Of a stretch of 64,000 nucleotides of DNA, positions 1 through 12,999 are shown one piece after another; the stretch's first letter is position 1; each line of letters starts with the position of its first letter. The DNA is from Anthoceros angustus (taxonomy: Eukaryota > Plantae > Anthocerotophyta): the NCBI GenBank assembly GCA_010909165.1, contig MU008158.1, positions 494,581-558,580 of the forward strand. Reading direction: 5' to 3'. The position numbers and the translations under genes were made by a program. Below the pieces are notes generated by a model. That model was given only the letters and a program-made list of their open reading frames with translations. It did no database searches and was not told the origin of the DNA.

Positions 1-199
1 TTGTATGGGATGTGCATGCGCAGTTCACGCCGCGCTGGGCGATCGGAGCGAGCGGCGGCGGTCATCGAGGTGTTGGCGCGGAAGGTGATCAAGACATGGA
101 GGTGGCAACCGAGGGGTTACCGCGGACGCCGCGGGGAGGTGGAGGGTCGCGGAGGGAGAGTTCAAGGCGGATGACGCCACCATCGCTGCACCTTGGTGG

Positions 200-2240
200 T
201 GGACGCCGCAATCGCCGAATAACCGCGACATGTGGGCATCCGACACAATGCGCCCCGAGGTGCAATCTGAGTGGCCACCGCGCACTGTAGTCGATGTGCC
301 ATGCGGCCGCCGCACCGATCTGATACCGAGGCCGCGGGCGCAAGGGGAGCATGGTGGTCGGTCGAGGGAACGGAGGAGTCGGCCGCATGGCGTAAAACAT
401 TCTTGGCGGTGGAGCGCTGACACCGCCGAACGCAGTGCGGGAGGGGAGGCATCCCAGCAGCGGCCGCCCACCTGCAGATGAGGTGCTCTTTTTCGAGATA
501 CTGGGTCGCCTGCAGGAGAAGGCTGGTATGGCCGAGGCGGAAGTGACGCCGCCCGCACGCTGCAGAACAAGATAGCACGAACCTACCGATATCACGATTC
601 ACCGGTGCAAAGGATGGATGGGATGGAATTGTTCGACACAGCCACCATACAAGGGTTTTTCGCAAGAAGGGCTTCACCAGCTGCGGGATTGGTGCGACTG
701 CTGGAGGACCTGGATGACAGACTGGACCTTGGGACAGCCACGGAGGAAGAGTTGCAGCAGATGCGGAGGACCACCAATCTGAGGTCCGCAATAGACGAGG
801 AGGAGATGCTGCAACTGCACCGCAGCCACATCACTTGGGTGGAATCCAATGCACCCCGATCCCGGATCGAGGATGGCGGCGGCCCAATGATGGTATGCGG
901 CGCGCGAAGAAGCGCGAGGCGATGGCGAGATGCAGCGGTTTGCGGTGACGGAGAAGGCATCAGGCGTCAGACGAGCGAGCGTGATTTGAGGACCACCTAA
1001 CACTGCGGTCATGGAGCCGCAGACATGTAAGCCTATGGGAAGGAAGAGGCGGACCATTTCACCGCGGGTGCTGTATGACACTGGTATGGGGATCGAGGAG
1101 GTGTTCCGGAGGTTGGCATTGTGGACGGGCGGGCCAACACGGCATCACGAGGCATGGAGGCGGTTCGGGAGTCGCCGGCATTTGTGGACGGTGTGTTTGA
1201 AGCGGAATGTCACGGGGCACCAATACCACATCGCGGACCGGTGGTGGGATCGCGCCGCAATGACGGCCATGACGTGTGGGCATCGACACAATGCCGGTCC
1301 CCGAGGTGCAAAGCTGAGTCGCCAGCGCCGCAGTCAGCCATGTGCGGCGGCGGTGGCGCATCCGGCGGATACCGGGCCGCGGGCGCAAGGGGAGCATGGT
1401 GGTGGTCGGCGGGAGCAGGAGGAGTCTCTGGCCGCATGGCGTAAAACATTCTTGGCGGTGGAGGAGCTCCATCCGCCCGCCGCGGGAGGAGGCATCATGG
1501 CGGCGGCCGCCCAGATGAGGTGCTCTTTTGATATCTTGGGTCGCTGCAGGAGAAGGTAGTATGGCCAGGCGGAAGCGACGCCGGGCTGCAAAAGGTGATC
1601 GAGAACGCGAGCGAACTCGGTGATGGCTGGCAGGTGCAAAGGATGGATGGGATGGAATTGTTGACCACCATACAAGGATTTTTCAAGGAGGGCTTCACCG
1701 GTGATTGGCGTGCTGGAGGACTGGATGTGACGACCTTGGGACCACGGAGGAAGAGTTGCAGATGCGGAGGACCACCAATCGAGGTTCGCAATAGGCGAGG
1801 AGGAGATGCTACAGCGCACATCACATGGGTGGAATCCAATGCACACGATCCGGTTCGAGGATGGCGGCCCATGATGGTATGCGGTGCGCTTCTGACTGCC
1901 GAAGCGCCGAGCAGACGAGATCTGGCGGTTTGCTGACGGCGGATAAGGCATGCGATTCGCATCGGCGGAGCGTCGATTTGAGGACCACCTAACACTGCGG
2001 TGGAAGCCGGCATGGAGTGTCGGATTCGACAATTTCCGCCTATGGGAAGGAAGAGGGACCATTTCCGATCTTGGTCTTTGACTGCGTATGGGGATCGAGG
2101 AGGTGTTCCAGGAGGTTGGCACATGGGCGGCCAATAACGCGCATGCATCGAGGCATGAGGCGGTTCAGGAGTCGCCGGCATTTGTGGGCGGTGTGTTTGA
2201 GCGGAATGTCACGGGGCCACCCAATACCACATCGCCCAAC
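200..2240 (+). repeat. ~1.0-kb tandem duplication (2 diverged, indel-rich copies) with fragments of an unidentified coding sequence, probably transposon-derived
   Basis: Anchors recur about 1.0-1.04 kb apart: TGTGGGCATC..GACACAATGC at 231/1275, GTGCAAAGGATGGATGGGATGGAATTGTT at 605/1634, GGGGATCGAGGAGGTGTTCC at 1088/2090. The peptides QRMDGMEL..TIQGFF and HITWVESNA occur twice. Confidence 0.8.
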
Positions 2241-4719
2241 GGACATCATCGGACCCTCGCAGGCATGGTAAGTTGTGCACCATGCCGAGGCGCGGACACT
2301 TGCACTGCGTGATGATCATGTGCGTCCTCTCGCAATGTTCTTGACCACCTGTACATGGTGCTGGCCACCGGCATAGAGTCGGTATCCCATGACCTTTGCG
2401 CTTAGCGCATGCTCCGATCAAAAGGATGGCGTGCACAAGGAGTGGAAGGACACAGGAAGACATTGAGAGGGCTTTCAAAGGCGACATCTGTCCACCCACC
2501 CACCGACTCATGGCCATACTGCGGTACTTCAGCGGGCTCGCCGGGCGAGGAGCAACAGCATATATCGGCAATGCACTCATGGCGGAAAGGCTGCGGATTT
2601 CTTCAAACGCGTCATGGGCACATCGCATGTGTTGGGGAAGCGGTGGCGCGCATCGACCAGGCTACGCAGCAACACTTGTTCTCCAAGTGCACACTGCGTG
2701 GGTGGGTTGGTGGCGAGGGATTTCGACATGTGGTGCACGGACAAGCGAGCTATCTTTGGGGCATAGGAAGTGCGTTTGAGAGTGTGGCGGGTTCTTCAAT
2801 GCCACACATGGATGCGGGACGCATTTCGTGTCAAGTTCGGCCGCTTGCTTGCCGATCTTGAAGGACATGTTACGTGAACGTCACGGAGATGACATTCGGA
2901 GCAGTCGCTTGTACACCTTCATAGCTTAGGTGTACTTCTCCGTCTGCCGATGGTTGTGAGGCGGTGCCCGAGTATGGGCAAGCGCGGGCAAGACGTGCTC
3001 CTCCACACTCCTCCCCTTTATGTCTCAAAGCTGGTCATGGCGGCGCGGGTGAAGCCATCCGCATGAACTCTCAGATGGAAGCGTGAGCGTTTGTGGTGTC
3101 GAACCCGCATTGTTTCGAGGTTCCGCTTTGTTGGTAATGTGCATTTGTGGAAGGGCCGAGGCCGTGTTGATCGATCGGCGAGGCCCAATTTAGTGCTTCA
3201 CCGTATGTGCGAGCGAATGAAAAGTGGACGATGCGACCCGTTCTCGTGACTCGGGAGAAAAAGCCACCGGAACCCCTACACCACGCTCCCCATTGCGGCT
3301 CATGCCCGATGGCATGCGCTGAGATGAGCAGGCGGGGCGCTCAAATCAAGCCCGGGTGCGAGGCGCGGAAGGCGGGGAAGTTGAATCTTTCGGCGAGGAG
3401 GCCTTGCATTTGGGTGCGCGACATTGAAAGGCGTGAGATGGGTGGCGGTGCGGGCGTCACGGAAGGAAGAACGCTGCGATGTGGACGATCGACCGGGTTG
3501 CTTAGCGATGAGGGGAGACACATAGCACGGCGTGCGAATGTGTGGTCTTGGCGGCGCGTTGACATTACCAAGTTCGATTACCGTACAATGGATGCCAAAG
3601 GTGTGGCATTGTTGGAGCAAGAATCGCACGAAATGTGCGGGTGGAAGGGCGCCGGTCTGCGGTACCGACTACGGTTGCTATTGGCGGGCGAGTGGCGGTA
3701 TGGGCCACGCATTCCAGTGGTGCAGGCTGGGCATGCGGCCGGATGGGTTTGCACGGCGGATGGAAGTGGGGGCGGCAGCTGCAGTGGCGAGGGAAGCGGA
3801 GGGAAGGCGGTTCTGCTGCTCCTTGAGGATTGCAGCTGCTAGTCGGCTGCGACCGGCCTCTGTCGTTGTCCAGCGAGCGGAGCCATATCCGGCGCAGAGA
3901 GGCGCGCGCGAAGGTGGAGCATTGGGTAGAGGCAGTGCGACCCCATTGCATGGGATGATGGACAGTGGGTGTCGTTCAAAGGTTGCTGGGATTGTCATTG
4001 CGGGTTTGCAACCACGGTGATAGTTTTGAACTTGCCGCCCATGGCGGTACTCGCGATCTTGGCTATAGTAGCGCCACCGCTTGGGTTATAAGAGTGGTTG
4101 ATGCAGCGCGCGAAGGCAGGGAGTGACTAGTGCAGCCATATTAGCTGCGGGAAAGGCAGGATGTTCAAGTAGGATGCAGCCGTCTTTGATGCCATGGAGC
4201 TACACAATATGAAGCCTCAGCTTGTCGTCGCACTCCAAATACCAGTAGTGCTTGAGGTAGCTGCTACAACACATGGGACTGGGCAGCCGCCGTTTTGGGT
4301 TGACACATGTGATGTTCAATGCAAAGGAATAAAGTGGCATTATATAATGTATTTGGCGATCGGGCATGAGAAGGCGAAAGCAGCGCAACGGAAATGTGCG
4401 CAGTGGCGGCATTGAAGACCGCGGTCATCAGCACGGTCGTTCAAAGCGGCAAAGGGAGTGGCATTGGCAACCATCTTCAGCAGTGCGAGGTATGCAACCA
4501 TGATCGGCGAGGTTGGACAACGAGTAGCAACGCCGGGGCAATAAATCACATGTGGCGGGCCAAAGCCGGTAGGGGAGGCCATTTAAAATGCTACAAAACC
4601 ACTTGGCATCCACAACATTTATTGGGACGCAAGTTTTGAGAGCTTGGCCTTGGTACAAGGCGCTGCTGTGGAGTGTGCATCCATTTCCAAGCTGCAGGAA
4701 GGAGAGGAGGCATGGCGGG

Positions 4720-5335
4720 AGAGGAGATGGAGGTCGGCGTGGGCGCCCGCGACCATGGCGTCGGAGGATTGCGCCATGGAGGAGGCTACACACCAGTGGG
4801 GAGGTGGAGGGCATGGAGGACCTCCCCACGGCGCCTTGGTAGCGTTGGAGGAGGAGGCGCGCCGCGGCGCTCCCCAGCAAGCGGCATGGCGGGAGCACCG
4901 CGCCGCCAGAGGCAAGACACAGACGCCCGCCGCTGCCGTGTCCGAGTGGGGCGGCGTGGCGCCGGAGGGAGATGGAGGTCGGCGTGGGCGCCCGCCGTGA
5001 TGCGAGGGGGCAGCGCCGCAGAGCCACCGGCCACACGGTGTGCAGCCGCATGGCTGCACACACAGGCCGAGGTGCACTGCCGCACTCGACTCAGGCTGGG
5101 CTGCAGGCGGGCACAGACACTGGCCGCGTGCCCCGAGGCTTGGAGCCCGCCACGGCCGACAGTGGCGGCGCGGTGCGGCGCCCATCTGCGAGGCTGCGGT
5201 GCGCCCGGTACCGCCTCGGCCGGTGTAGCCGCATGTGCACACACACCACAGGCCGAGGTGCGATACTGCACTCGACTGTGCAGCTGCATGCCACCACGGC
5301 TGGTGTGCGGCAGGCCCGCCGTGATGTCGGTGGCG
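4720..5335. repeat. GC-rich nested direct repeats
   Basis: GGAGATGGAGGTCGGCGTGGGCGCCC at ~4723 and ~4968; CACAGGCCGAGGTGC..GCACTCGACT at ~5061 and ~5247. Confidence 0.65.
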
Positions 5336-6542
5336 CCCGGCCTGAGTGGCCTCGGTGGCGGCAGCTGCGGTGCAGCTGCAGTCGGCGGCCGGTCTGTCGG
5401 CCTGCGGCCGGAGGGGAGGGCGGAGCTCCTCCTCTGCCGGGCCTCCGGCAATCGCCCGGAGGAGGCGTGGAGGGCGGAGGTGGCGAGGCCAAGACTTGCG
5501 CCACCGGGCAAGGAGGTTGTGGCGGCGCGGAGGGGTGGATGCCACAAGGGCCTCGTGAGGGGAGGATGCGGTGGGCGGTGTTGAATGGCGAGGAGGTGTG
5601 GAGGGCAAGGCGAAATCTCGAGGACTCACGGTAAAAGCACACTTGGTGTTTGGTTGCATATGGGACTAACAACAATGCTAATAGCGCATGATGGGTTGGT
5701 GGTTGCAGTGTTGAAGGCGTCGACGAGCAGCCATACCGAATCATCTATGATTCGGATGGCAATTCGTCACTCTACACCGATGTGGAGCGCCGTCGATTGA
5801 GCGCCGTTTGGGAGGCGAATGCGGCGAGGATGAGGCGGCCACTCTAAGAGCGAGTTGGCCGAGCTCACTGTGGGTGGAGGCGGGGTTTGTGGGCGGAAAA
5901 GAAGAGGGTGCACCGGCCGCGGCGGCAAACCTAAGCCTCGAGGAGGACGCAAGTCGGGAGGGGAAGATGGAGGGCCGAGGCCGGAGGTGCGAACTCCGGT
6001 GCTCCGGCCGAGCTGCGAGCACCGGCAAGAACGAGCACATAAGCGGCCTTGAGCTGCGAGGAGTTTTGGGGCATCATGGCGACCACTCGAGCATCGTTGA
6101 TTGCCATCGATGCGACCATGAGTGGCGCGTAGCCACGCCCGGAGGTCGTGGAGAAGGTCCGCGACCTTAGGTTCGCCGCAATGAGGTGGAGGGCATGTTG
6201 GAGAGGATGCCCCAAGTGCCCCTAACATGCAGTGGCAAGTGGGCGAGTGCGCGTTCATGGATATCATGAGAACCTTATGCGTGCTTCAATGGCCAAGGAG
6301 CTGCGCAGACCCCTCCCTCCGCCACGCCCCACCTCTCCCTTTCCCCCACCTTTCCATTTCATGGATGCGTTGCTCCACCTCCACCTCCAATTCCACAGAC
6401 GCCCCACCTCGCTCGGTATGCCTTGGCCATGCAGTGCCCCTTCCCGTTGCGGGCTCCTCCCCTCAGGCTGCGCCGACCGAGCTCGAGCGGAGGGGCCGCT
6501 GGGGCACAAGAGGATGGAGGCCTGCTCTTGACTCTTTCCAGT

Positions 6543-6667
6543 GAGCGGAGAAGATTGTAGGATTTTTGGTAGGTAGGTGTTTTGAGCGGAGAAGGTTGTA
6601 GGATTTTTGGTAGGTAGGTGTTTTGAGCGGAGAAGTTTGTAGGATTTTTGGTAGGTAGGTGTTTTGC
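6543..6667. repeat. 41-bp minisatellite, 3 copies
   Basis: GAGCGGAGAAGnTTGTAGGATTTTTGGTAGGTAGGTGTTTT repeated three times. Confidence 0.9.
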
Positions 6668-7399
6668 GAACTTGAACATGTGCTTCTTGTGGTGTGGCAA
6701 TTGTGCAAGCTTGAGGAGCACAAGTGTTGGCTTTTTGGTTTGTTTTGTTGCTTCAAGGTTGTGTTCCACGGCGGTTCTAGAGATTCCGGATCCTAAGGAC
6801 AAGTAGATCGTAATCACCGCCAAGACACATCATTGTGACACGCCAAATGTCGTTGCACTTGAAAATCTATCCTTTCCGTCGAGGCGTGAATCGCATCAAG
6901 AGGGTTCCTTCCTTGCCGATCTTTGTATGAGGGGTCCTCGGCGAAATCCTTGTCATGTTGCCTGAAAAGCAAGACCCTTGCACAATGTGAGTCCTGGCTG
7001 CCATGCTGCACAAAAACGAGAAACAAAGGTGGAACGGGCTAGGGAAACAACCCGCAGCTGCATGAATATCGGTGTCACTTGAAGATGTGTGTGTGAGCGT
7101 CGAATTTCCTTCATTTGCCGAGGTTGTATGAGCATCCCATTTGCGAAATCCTTCTCAATTTGCCTGCAAAGCAAGGCACTTGCATTCGTCGATCACCGAT
7201 CAACAAAAAGTGAAGCAAAGGTGGAACACGGTACACGCCTGTCCATCACCTAATATGCTCAGTGCAGAAAAAGCGGTAGAGTTCGTCCCCACATGTACCG
7301 TCTCCTAAGACACGCTGGTCGCTCATTTGAGGGGCACGATGCATGAGGAAGAGGGTGTTGGATGCTCGGCCCACCCACCGTGCGTGATGCAGTGGATGC

Positions 7400-8285
7400 C
7401 GGATGGAAGTGACGATCATCTTCGTCTCAAGTCGCATACATCCAATGCAAGCACAACACAAGCATGTTAGTAATCAACCACACCAAACGTAGGGACTGCT
7501 CCCACATCATCTCCTTCTGCATATATAGTGAAAGCAACATGTGAAAGCGGAGGATTTGCGGTGCACCCAGTGTGCGGCGGATGCTGATGAAGTTACGATC
7601 ATCTTCGTCTCAAGTGCCATACATCCAAGCACAACACAAGCATGTTAATCTTGAACCACACCGAAGCGTAGGGATCGCTCCCACATCATCTCCTTCCCAT
7701 ATATAGTGAAAGCAACATGTGAAAGCGGAGGATTTGCGGCGCTCGGCCCACCAGTAGTGGCGGTACCGTGCATGCGGATGCAAATTACGATCGACAGTGC
7801 AGGCATCCCATACATCAGCGCAAGCACAACACAAGCATGTTAGTAGTCACACCGAAGCGGAACATCCCGTCCTTCACATATAGTGAAAGCAACATGTGAA
7901 AGCGGAGGATTTGCGGTAGGTTCTCACCCACCAGAGTGGCCGGTAGTGCATGCGGATGCAAATTATCGACAGTGCAGGCATCCCATACATCAGCGCAAGC
8001 ACAACACAAGCATGTTAGTAGTCAAGCACACGAAGCGTGGTGCTCCCATCACATCCTTCACATATAGTGAAAGCAACATGTAAGCGGAGGATTTGCGAGG
8101 CGGTTCTCGGCCCACCAGTAGTGGCGTGCATGCGGATGCAAGTGCGATCGACAGTGCAGGCATCCCATACATCAGCGCAAGCACAACACAAGCATGTTAG
8201 TAGTCAAGCACTGCCAAAACGTGTGCTCCCACATCATCTCCTTCCACATATATAGTGAAAGCGGCATGTAAGCGGAGGATTGCGT
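7400..8285. repeat. ~175-195-bp tandem repeat array, 5 copies
   Basis: CAAGCACAACACAAGCATGTTA at 7448, 7626, 7821, 7996 and 8178, each followed by CATATA(TA)GTGAAAGC..CATGT..AGCGGAGGATT. Confidence 0.9.
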
Positions 8286-9036
8286 GCTTTCGGCGGGCCA
8301 TACCTGCGAACAAAGTTCACATGTGTGTATGTGTTGCCCGCCATGTTTGTGTGTAGACCCGATGAAAACCCTAACACCGTCATCAAAAAGATCATGTGAC
8401 ACCATGAACGGGCCGATGAGCGTGTGATAGAATGTTTTTCCAGCGTCGAACCTGCGTGAAGTTGATGTGGCACGTATTATACGTGTATTATACGTGAGTA
8501 TCGAAAAGATTCCGTGGCATATCCTCGTAGCGTACACCGAAAAAAAAGAAAGTCACACACACACTCCCGTGTGACCAGATCGGTATTCCATACTTATCAA
8601 GCCAAGTGTGGGAAACCTTCTCGTAAGCCACACATTGGTCTTCTCTGTAGTAGAGATTAGGTTGTCTTTTTCACCACAGAAACGCTTCCTGCCAGCATTT
8701 CAAACATTTGTTTGCGCAGTTGTGTTACAGACCAAGATACTTGCATGCTGGCATTTCATTGATTTGGAGTTGAACCGTTCACTGAGGAGGGAATGTCGGA
8801 ACGACTTTCCCAATTTCCAACACGCTTGTTTCAAGTGGGAAGGGACAAACTTTGCTCACCGATTTCCAAAACCGGTAGGGCCACCATGTCAACTGCACAC
8901 AGCATCCCCTTCCACAAGTGACATACAATATTGAGGGCTCTCAGAAGAACCATGGAAGAATCAGAATCTACAGGAGCGAAGCATCTCCAATTAATCACAA
9001 ACCGGGTCTCTCTTCGTGAGGGGAGCTACAACACCG

Positions 9037-11167
9037 TCACGAATTCAGCTGAGGGTAGTAAGTGACAGTTGTGGATGGTAGCCATGTGGAGGCGTCAATA
9101 AAATTGTTCACAAGGAAATTTTGGACCTGACTTGGTGTCGACAACTGATGGACTCCGGGCCATTTCACTCTGTTAGTTATCACACCTCCTGGCCCCCCGC
9201 TGTTGTACTCCGCATAGTACAGGGTGTCCAGATACAAGTCTCCATTCCAAGGAAGCCATCCTGCGGGCTGGATGATGGAGTCCAAGGTGTTGTGCAGGAG
9301 GATAGTTCTGGAGTAATTTTTCCATGGCCTGCCCAGATACGACCTGCAATGCGGGACAGAGAGTCATCAGGGGAAGCTTGCACAAAGTCTAAAACCAGCT
9401 CCGACCTCCACAAAGTTCTGGAGAACTCACAAGAAGGCGCCCAGGTTTTGCAAGTATGCAGCTGATGGTATGAAGTCGCAATCTTGGAACACCAAGCCTG
9501 TATTCTGGCCAGGGTCTGTTCTACCCTGAGCAGTGAAAGTGTTTTGCTGACCAGGCAGCCCAGTATCGGCAATGAGGGTGGAGTTTTGGAAGAAAGCTGC
9601 TCCGTTCCCGAACAGGAAATCCACAGTCCCCTGGATTACACACTGGCTGTAGAACTGTCGGAAACTATGTGCATACAAGGTGTCTTGGTACCCGACGGCT
9701 TTCACCTGGAAAAGGGCCGATTTGTCAGCTGAAACCCTAATGGCGACAGCTTGATGGTTCTCTGGTCCTGCATTGTTCTGGACGGTAAACCCGATCCCAA
9801 GAAACCCTGCACCATTCACGGCTGTAACACGCAGCAGAAAAGTTGTCACTACGATGATGCAGGCATAGCTTCAGGACATTAAGGAATGCTTCATCCCGGC
9901 TAAGCATGAGCTCACCTAAAGTTGCTGAACGGAAGGTCGTCGTCCCTCCAATGACACTCTGGTTGTCTATAATGACCGTTTTATCGATCCCAGCTCCTAG
10001 GAACACAAGATTCGTCTGCTTCTTAGAGATCTTGACTTGCCCCTTGAACGTGCCTTCCGCGATCTGAATGATGTAAAGAGTGTCGCTGTTATCGGGAGCA
10101 TTATCCACAGCATCTTGGATGCTTCCACCAACTGGTACAACGTCATCAGGAGTCCTGCTCAAAACCTCGTCGAGCAAGCGGCGGAGGTGCCCTTCCCTGT
10201 CAGCCCATCCTGGGAGCGCATCATGGTGCCCGAAGCCAAAGCCGTGAGCAGAGTCATCTGCCGACAACAGCTTCCTGAATCCACTTCCACTGAGACTGGG
10301 AAGTTTACCGCTGTACGATCTGAGATAACCGGCCAAGGAGAGGACGATGTTGTACAGCTGCCTTATATGATCACCACCTGCTGTCACTGGATCATTAGGC
10401 TGGAGAGGGTACCCGGAAAACGTAGAATCCAAGGGATAGCCCGAAGTATTGGTTGCAGGATAGTTAGGGAAGTTGAAAGCTATCACCAACTCTTCCAGGC
10501 AAGTGTCGTGATACGTTGTCGATGCTGAAAGCCACGTTTGGAGATTGTTCAGTCCCTCCTCCAGAGTGGCCGGATTGTTCAACCCGTTGAGCTCCGTAAG
10601 AGACACGCTCAGCTGATTCCACGCTTCGTCCAGCAACTGCACGACGCCACCAAGTACCTACCTCTCTCAGAACGTGCCCTAAAGAGCCGCAATCCAACCA
10701 AAACCACAAACCACGGCAGCAACACATGGATCGCCAAACAGCCACACCACTCCCACCTCGCCGCAGGTTGTCAAGACCTCAGTCTTGTTCACATCGGCGC
10801 TGGTTTGCGCGATGAGCAAATCCACCTCCGATAGAGACCCGTTGAGAGCGATCTGCAACGTCTGGATGAGGAACGCGGTGAACTCCTTAGGGTTGGCAGT
10901 GGAGTGGTTCGGGTCCCCGTTCAACGTGGAGGTGCAGGTGTCGGGGTACAACGTCCCGGCACAGATAGACCTGATAGCCGACGAGCCGGTGGGAACGTCC
11001 TGGCCCTTGTGATGCTTCCGAGACGCCACCACCGACACCACGATGATGAGGATGAGCACAACCACCGCCGCGGGAACTCCAAACAAGCACCATTTCCTCT
11101 GGCTGGACCGCCTAGCCCCCGGGTACTCGGACGGGTACGCCGGATTGAGGTGGCCGTACGACTTCAT
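9037..11167 (-). CDS. PME: Pectin methylesterase with N-terminal TM anchor and PMEI pro-domain (4 exons: 11167-10757, 10636-9916, 9821-9431, 9343-9037)
   Basis: TM segment, PMEI (C..TLYPDTC, TWLSAS.T..DTC), RKLL/RRLL processing sites, PME motifs QAVAIRV, YQDTLY, GTVDFLFG, YLGRPW; GT-AG introns join in frame. Confidence 0.93.
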
Positions 11168-11977
11168 CCTCCTCCTCCCTCGGATCCGCCCCCTCAGCAC
11201 TCAGTCCCCCTCTCCCGCACCGCTCCTCTCCCAGCCGCTAGAGATCAGGCCACGAGACCTGCACAGCCCTCCTCCGCCGTCTCATCACCCCGTCACCCCC
11301 ACCCCGATCCAGATCCAGATCGGGCAGCCAGCACAAGCCAGCCACCGCTCCCGCTCTCCACCAGCCCTCCAATCCCACCTTTCCTTTCCCCTGCGCCGCA
11401 ATGCCCTCGCCTTCCACTGCGCTATGTGCGTCCGGAGGTGAGATGCCGACTCCTCAGCAGCAGCTCGCTTAAAGCAGAGAGCGGGAGATGGAGCCTGGCT
11501 GATCCCCCGCCGCTGGAGCCGGCTGCCCACAACGCGCTTTCGACAGTTGGCGGCCCCCACTATCCCCAGAATTAGTCCCCTCTGATTTGACCAGATAGTT
11601 CCTCCCGCGATGAGCCTGCAGCAATTTGCAGTCCCTGCGATGCTGCGGTTGTTTTGCAATTATGGAGAGCTGGTTACAGTACACGGTAAGCAGGTGCTGC
11701 CCCCGGCGTTTGTCCTCTCAGCGATGAGCACATGCCGGGAGCCCCTCGCACCCTGCCACGTTCCTTGTGGCACAAAGTGCTTGGGGCCCGACGCCCGACC
11801 GGGTCTGAGGGCCCTGGCCCCCGAGCTCCGGGTCCGCCGGCGCGGAGGCGGGGACGGGAAGGAGTCTCGGAGACTCGACTCACCGTCCGCCATTTCCTGT
11901 TTCCAGTGTTAAACTGTTAACACAGGAAGAATCAGAATTATCGATTCTATTTACGCAAGAATGTGAAATACGGTGTA

Positions 11978-12372
11978 GAAGAAGAAGAAGAATTTTATTT
12001 AAGTCCACTAAGGATAGATTTCCGTCATGGGACTTGGTATTTAACAACTTGTACCATCATGTGCCTAAGCTACTTGCACCAAGGGCATCCACTCCTTTTA
12101 GGCACCCCATCTAAGTATCGATCTAAGCACAGGATGTTTAATCACAGCACCCTATCTAAGTATCGATCTAAGCACATGATGTTTAATCACGACGTTCTTA
12201 TAAATGTGTGTCCATTTGGCCTAAGTCATTTAGACACACATTCTTATCATGTATCATGACGGAAATTCCGTCTTATCAATCTTCCAAGACACACCATGGT
12301 ATAAGTTATTAAGTATCAAGTCCCATGATGGAAATCCGTCCTTAGTGGACTTAAATAAAATTCTTCTTCTTC
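11978..12372. mobile_element. MITE-like element with ~65-bp terminal inverted repeats ending in (GAA)n
   Basis: Left end GAAGAAGAATTTTATTTAAGTCCACTAAGGA..GATTTCCGTCATGGGACTTG is the reverse complement of right end CAAGTCCCATGATGGAAATCCGTCCTTAGTGGACTTAAATAAAATTCTTCTTC. There is an internal ~45-bp direct repeat and a related copy at 48591-48732. No clear TSD. Confidence 0.8.
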
Positions 12373-12685
12373 ATTAACCCCTAAGGACAAAGCCTGTTTT
12401 TTTGAGTTTTGGGCTGAATTTTAATTATTTATATATATTTACAGACAAAAAAAATATGGTCACTCTGTTTCTACTCCAACGTAACATGCCCATCCGAATT
12501 TACAAACAGACAAGTCGGCCATTCACACTAAGCCCTTCCAGTTGCTTTCGATATCTCATCTCGATGGGCATGGCGATGGAGCTCTAGAATTCCACATGTT
12601 CCTCTCCATGCTATGCTAGGCACATTCGCGAGGTGAACGATGAAGAAAAAACAATAAATATTTACATTATGCAGCATGAGGGCAA

Positions 12686-12784
12686 GTTAGGATGGCCAAG
12701 TTGGTCTTAAGGGCCGAGTTGGTCTAAGGCGCCAGTTTGAAGCACTGGTCCGCAAGGGCATGGGTTGGAATCCCATTTCTGACA
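12686..12784 (+). pseudogene. tRNA-Leu-derived pseudogene (duplicated D-arm, GAA in the anticodon position, mutated T-loop)
   Basis: GTTAGGATGGCCAAGTTGGTCTTAAG-GGCCGAGTTGGTCTAAGGCG-CCAGT TTGAAGC ACTGG-TCCGCAAGGGC-ATGGGTTGGAATCCCAT-TTCTGACA resembles plant type-II tRNA-Leu; T-loop reads TTG instead of TTC. Confidence 0.75.
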
Positions 12785-12999
12785 TAGCGAAACTCAACCA
12801 AATACTAGCGAAACTCGAATATTTTTAAAATATTTATTTTTAAAATAGATTATGAAAATTCCAATTGGGACACCTCCCCAAATGGGATAGGTAGTCCTCG
12901 TTAAGGGAGGGTGGACTGGAGGCGGCCCTATGTGGAACGCAGTGTCGTATGAAAATTTTTGCCAAAGAACATCCTGTGTATAGGCGGAGAGCTGCCGCC

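Noticed and set aside
12-6544. Many long overlapping ORFs in the GC-rich start
   Set aside because: Explained by stop-codon scarcity in GC-rich repeats; no recognisable domains
7400-8285. CRISPR-like or centromeric satellite interpretation of the ~180-bp array
   Set aside because: Whole units repeat with no unique spacers, the context is eukaryotic, and there are only five copies
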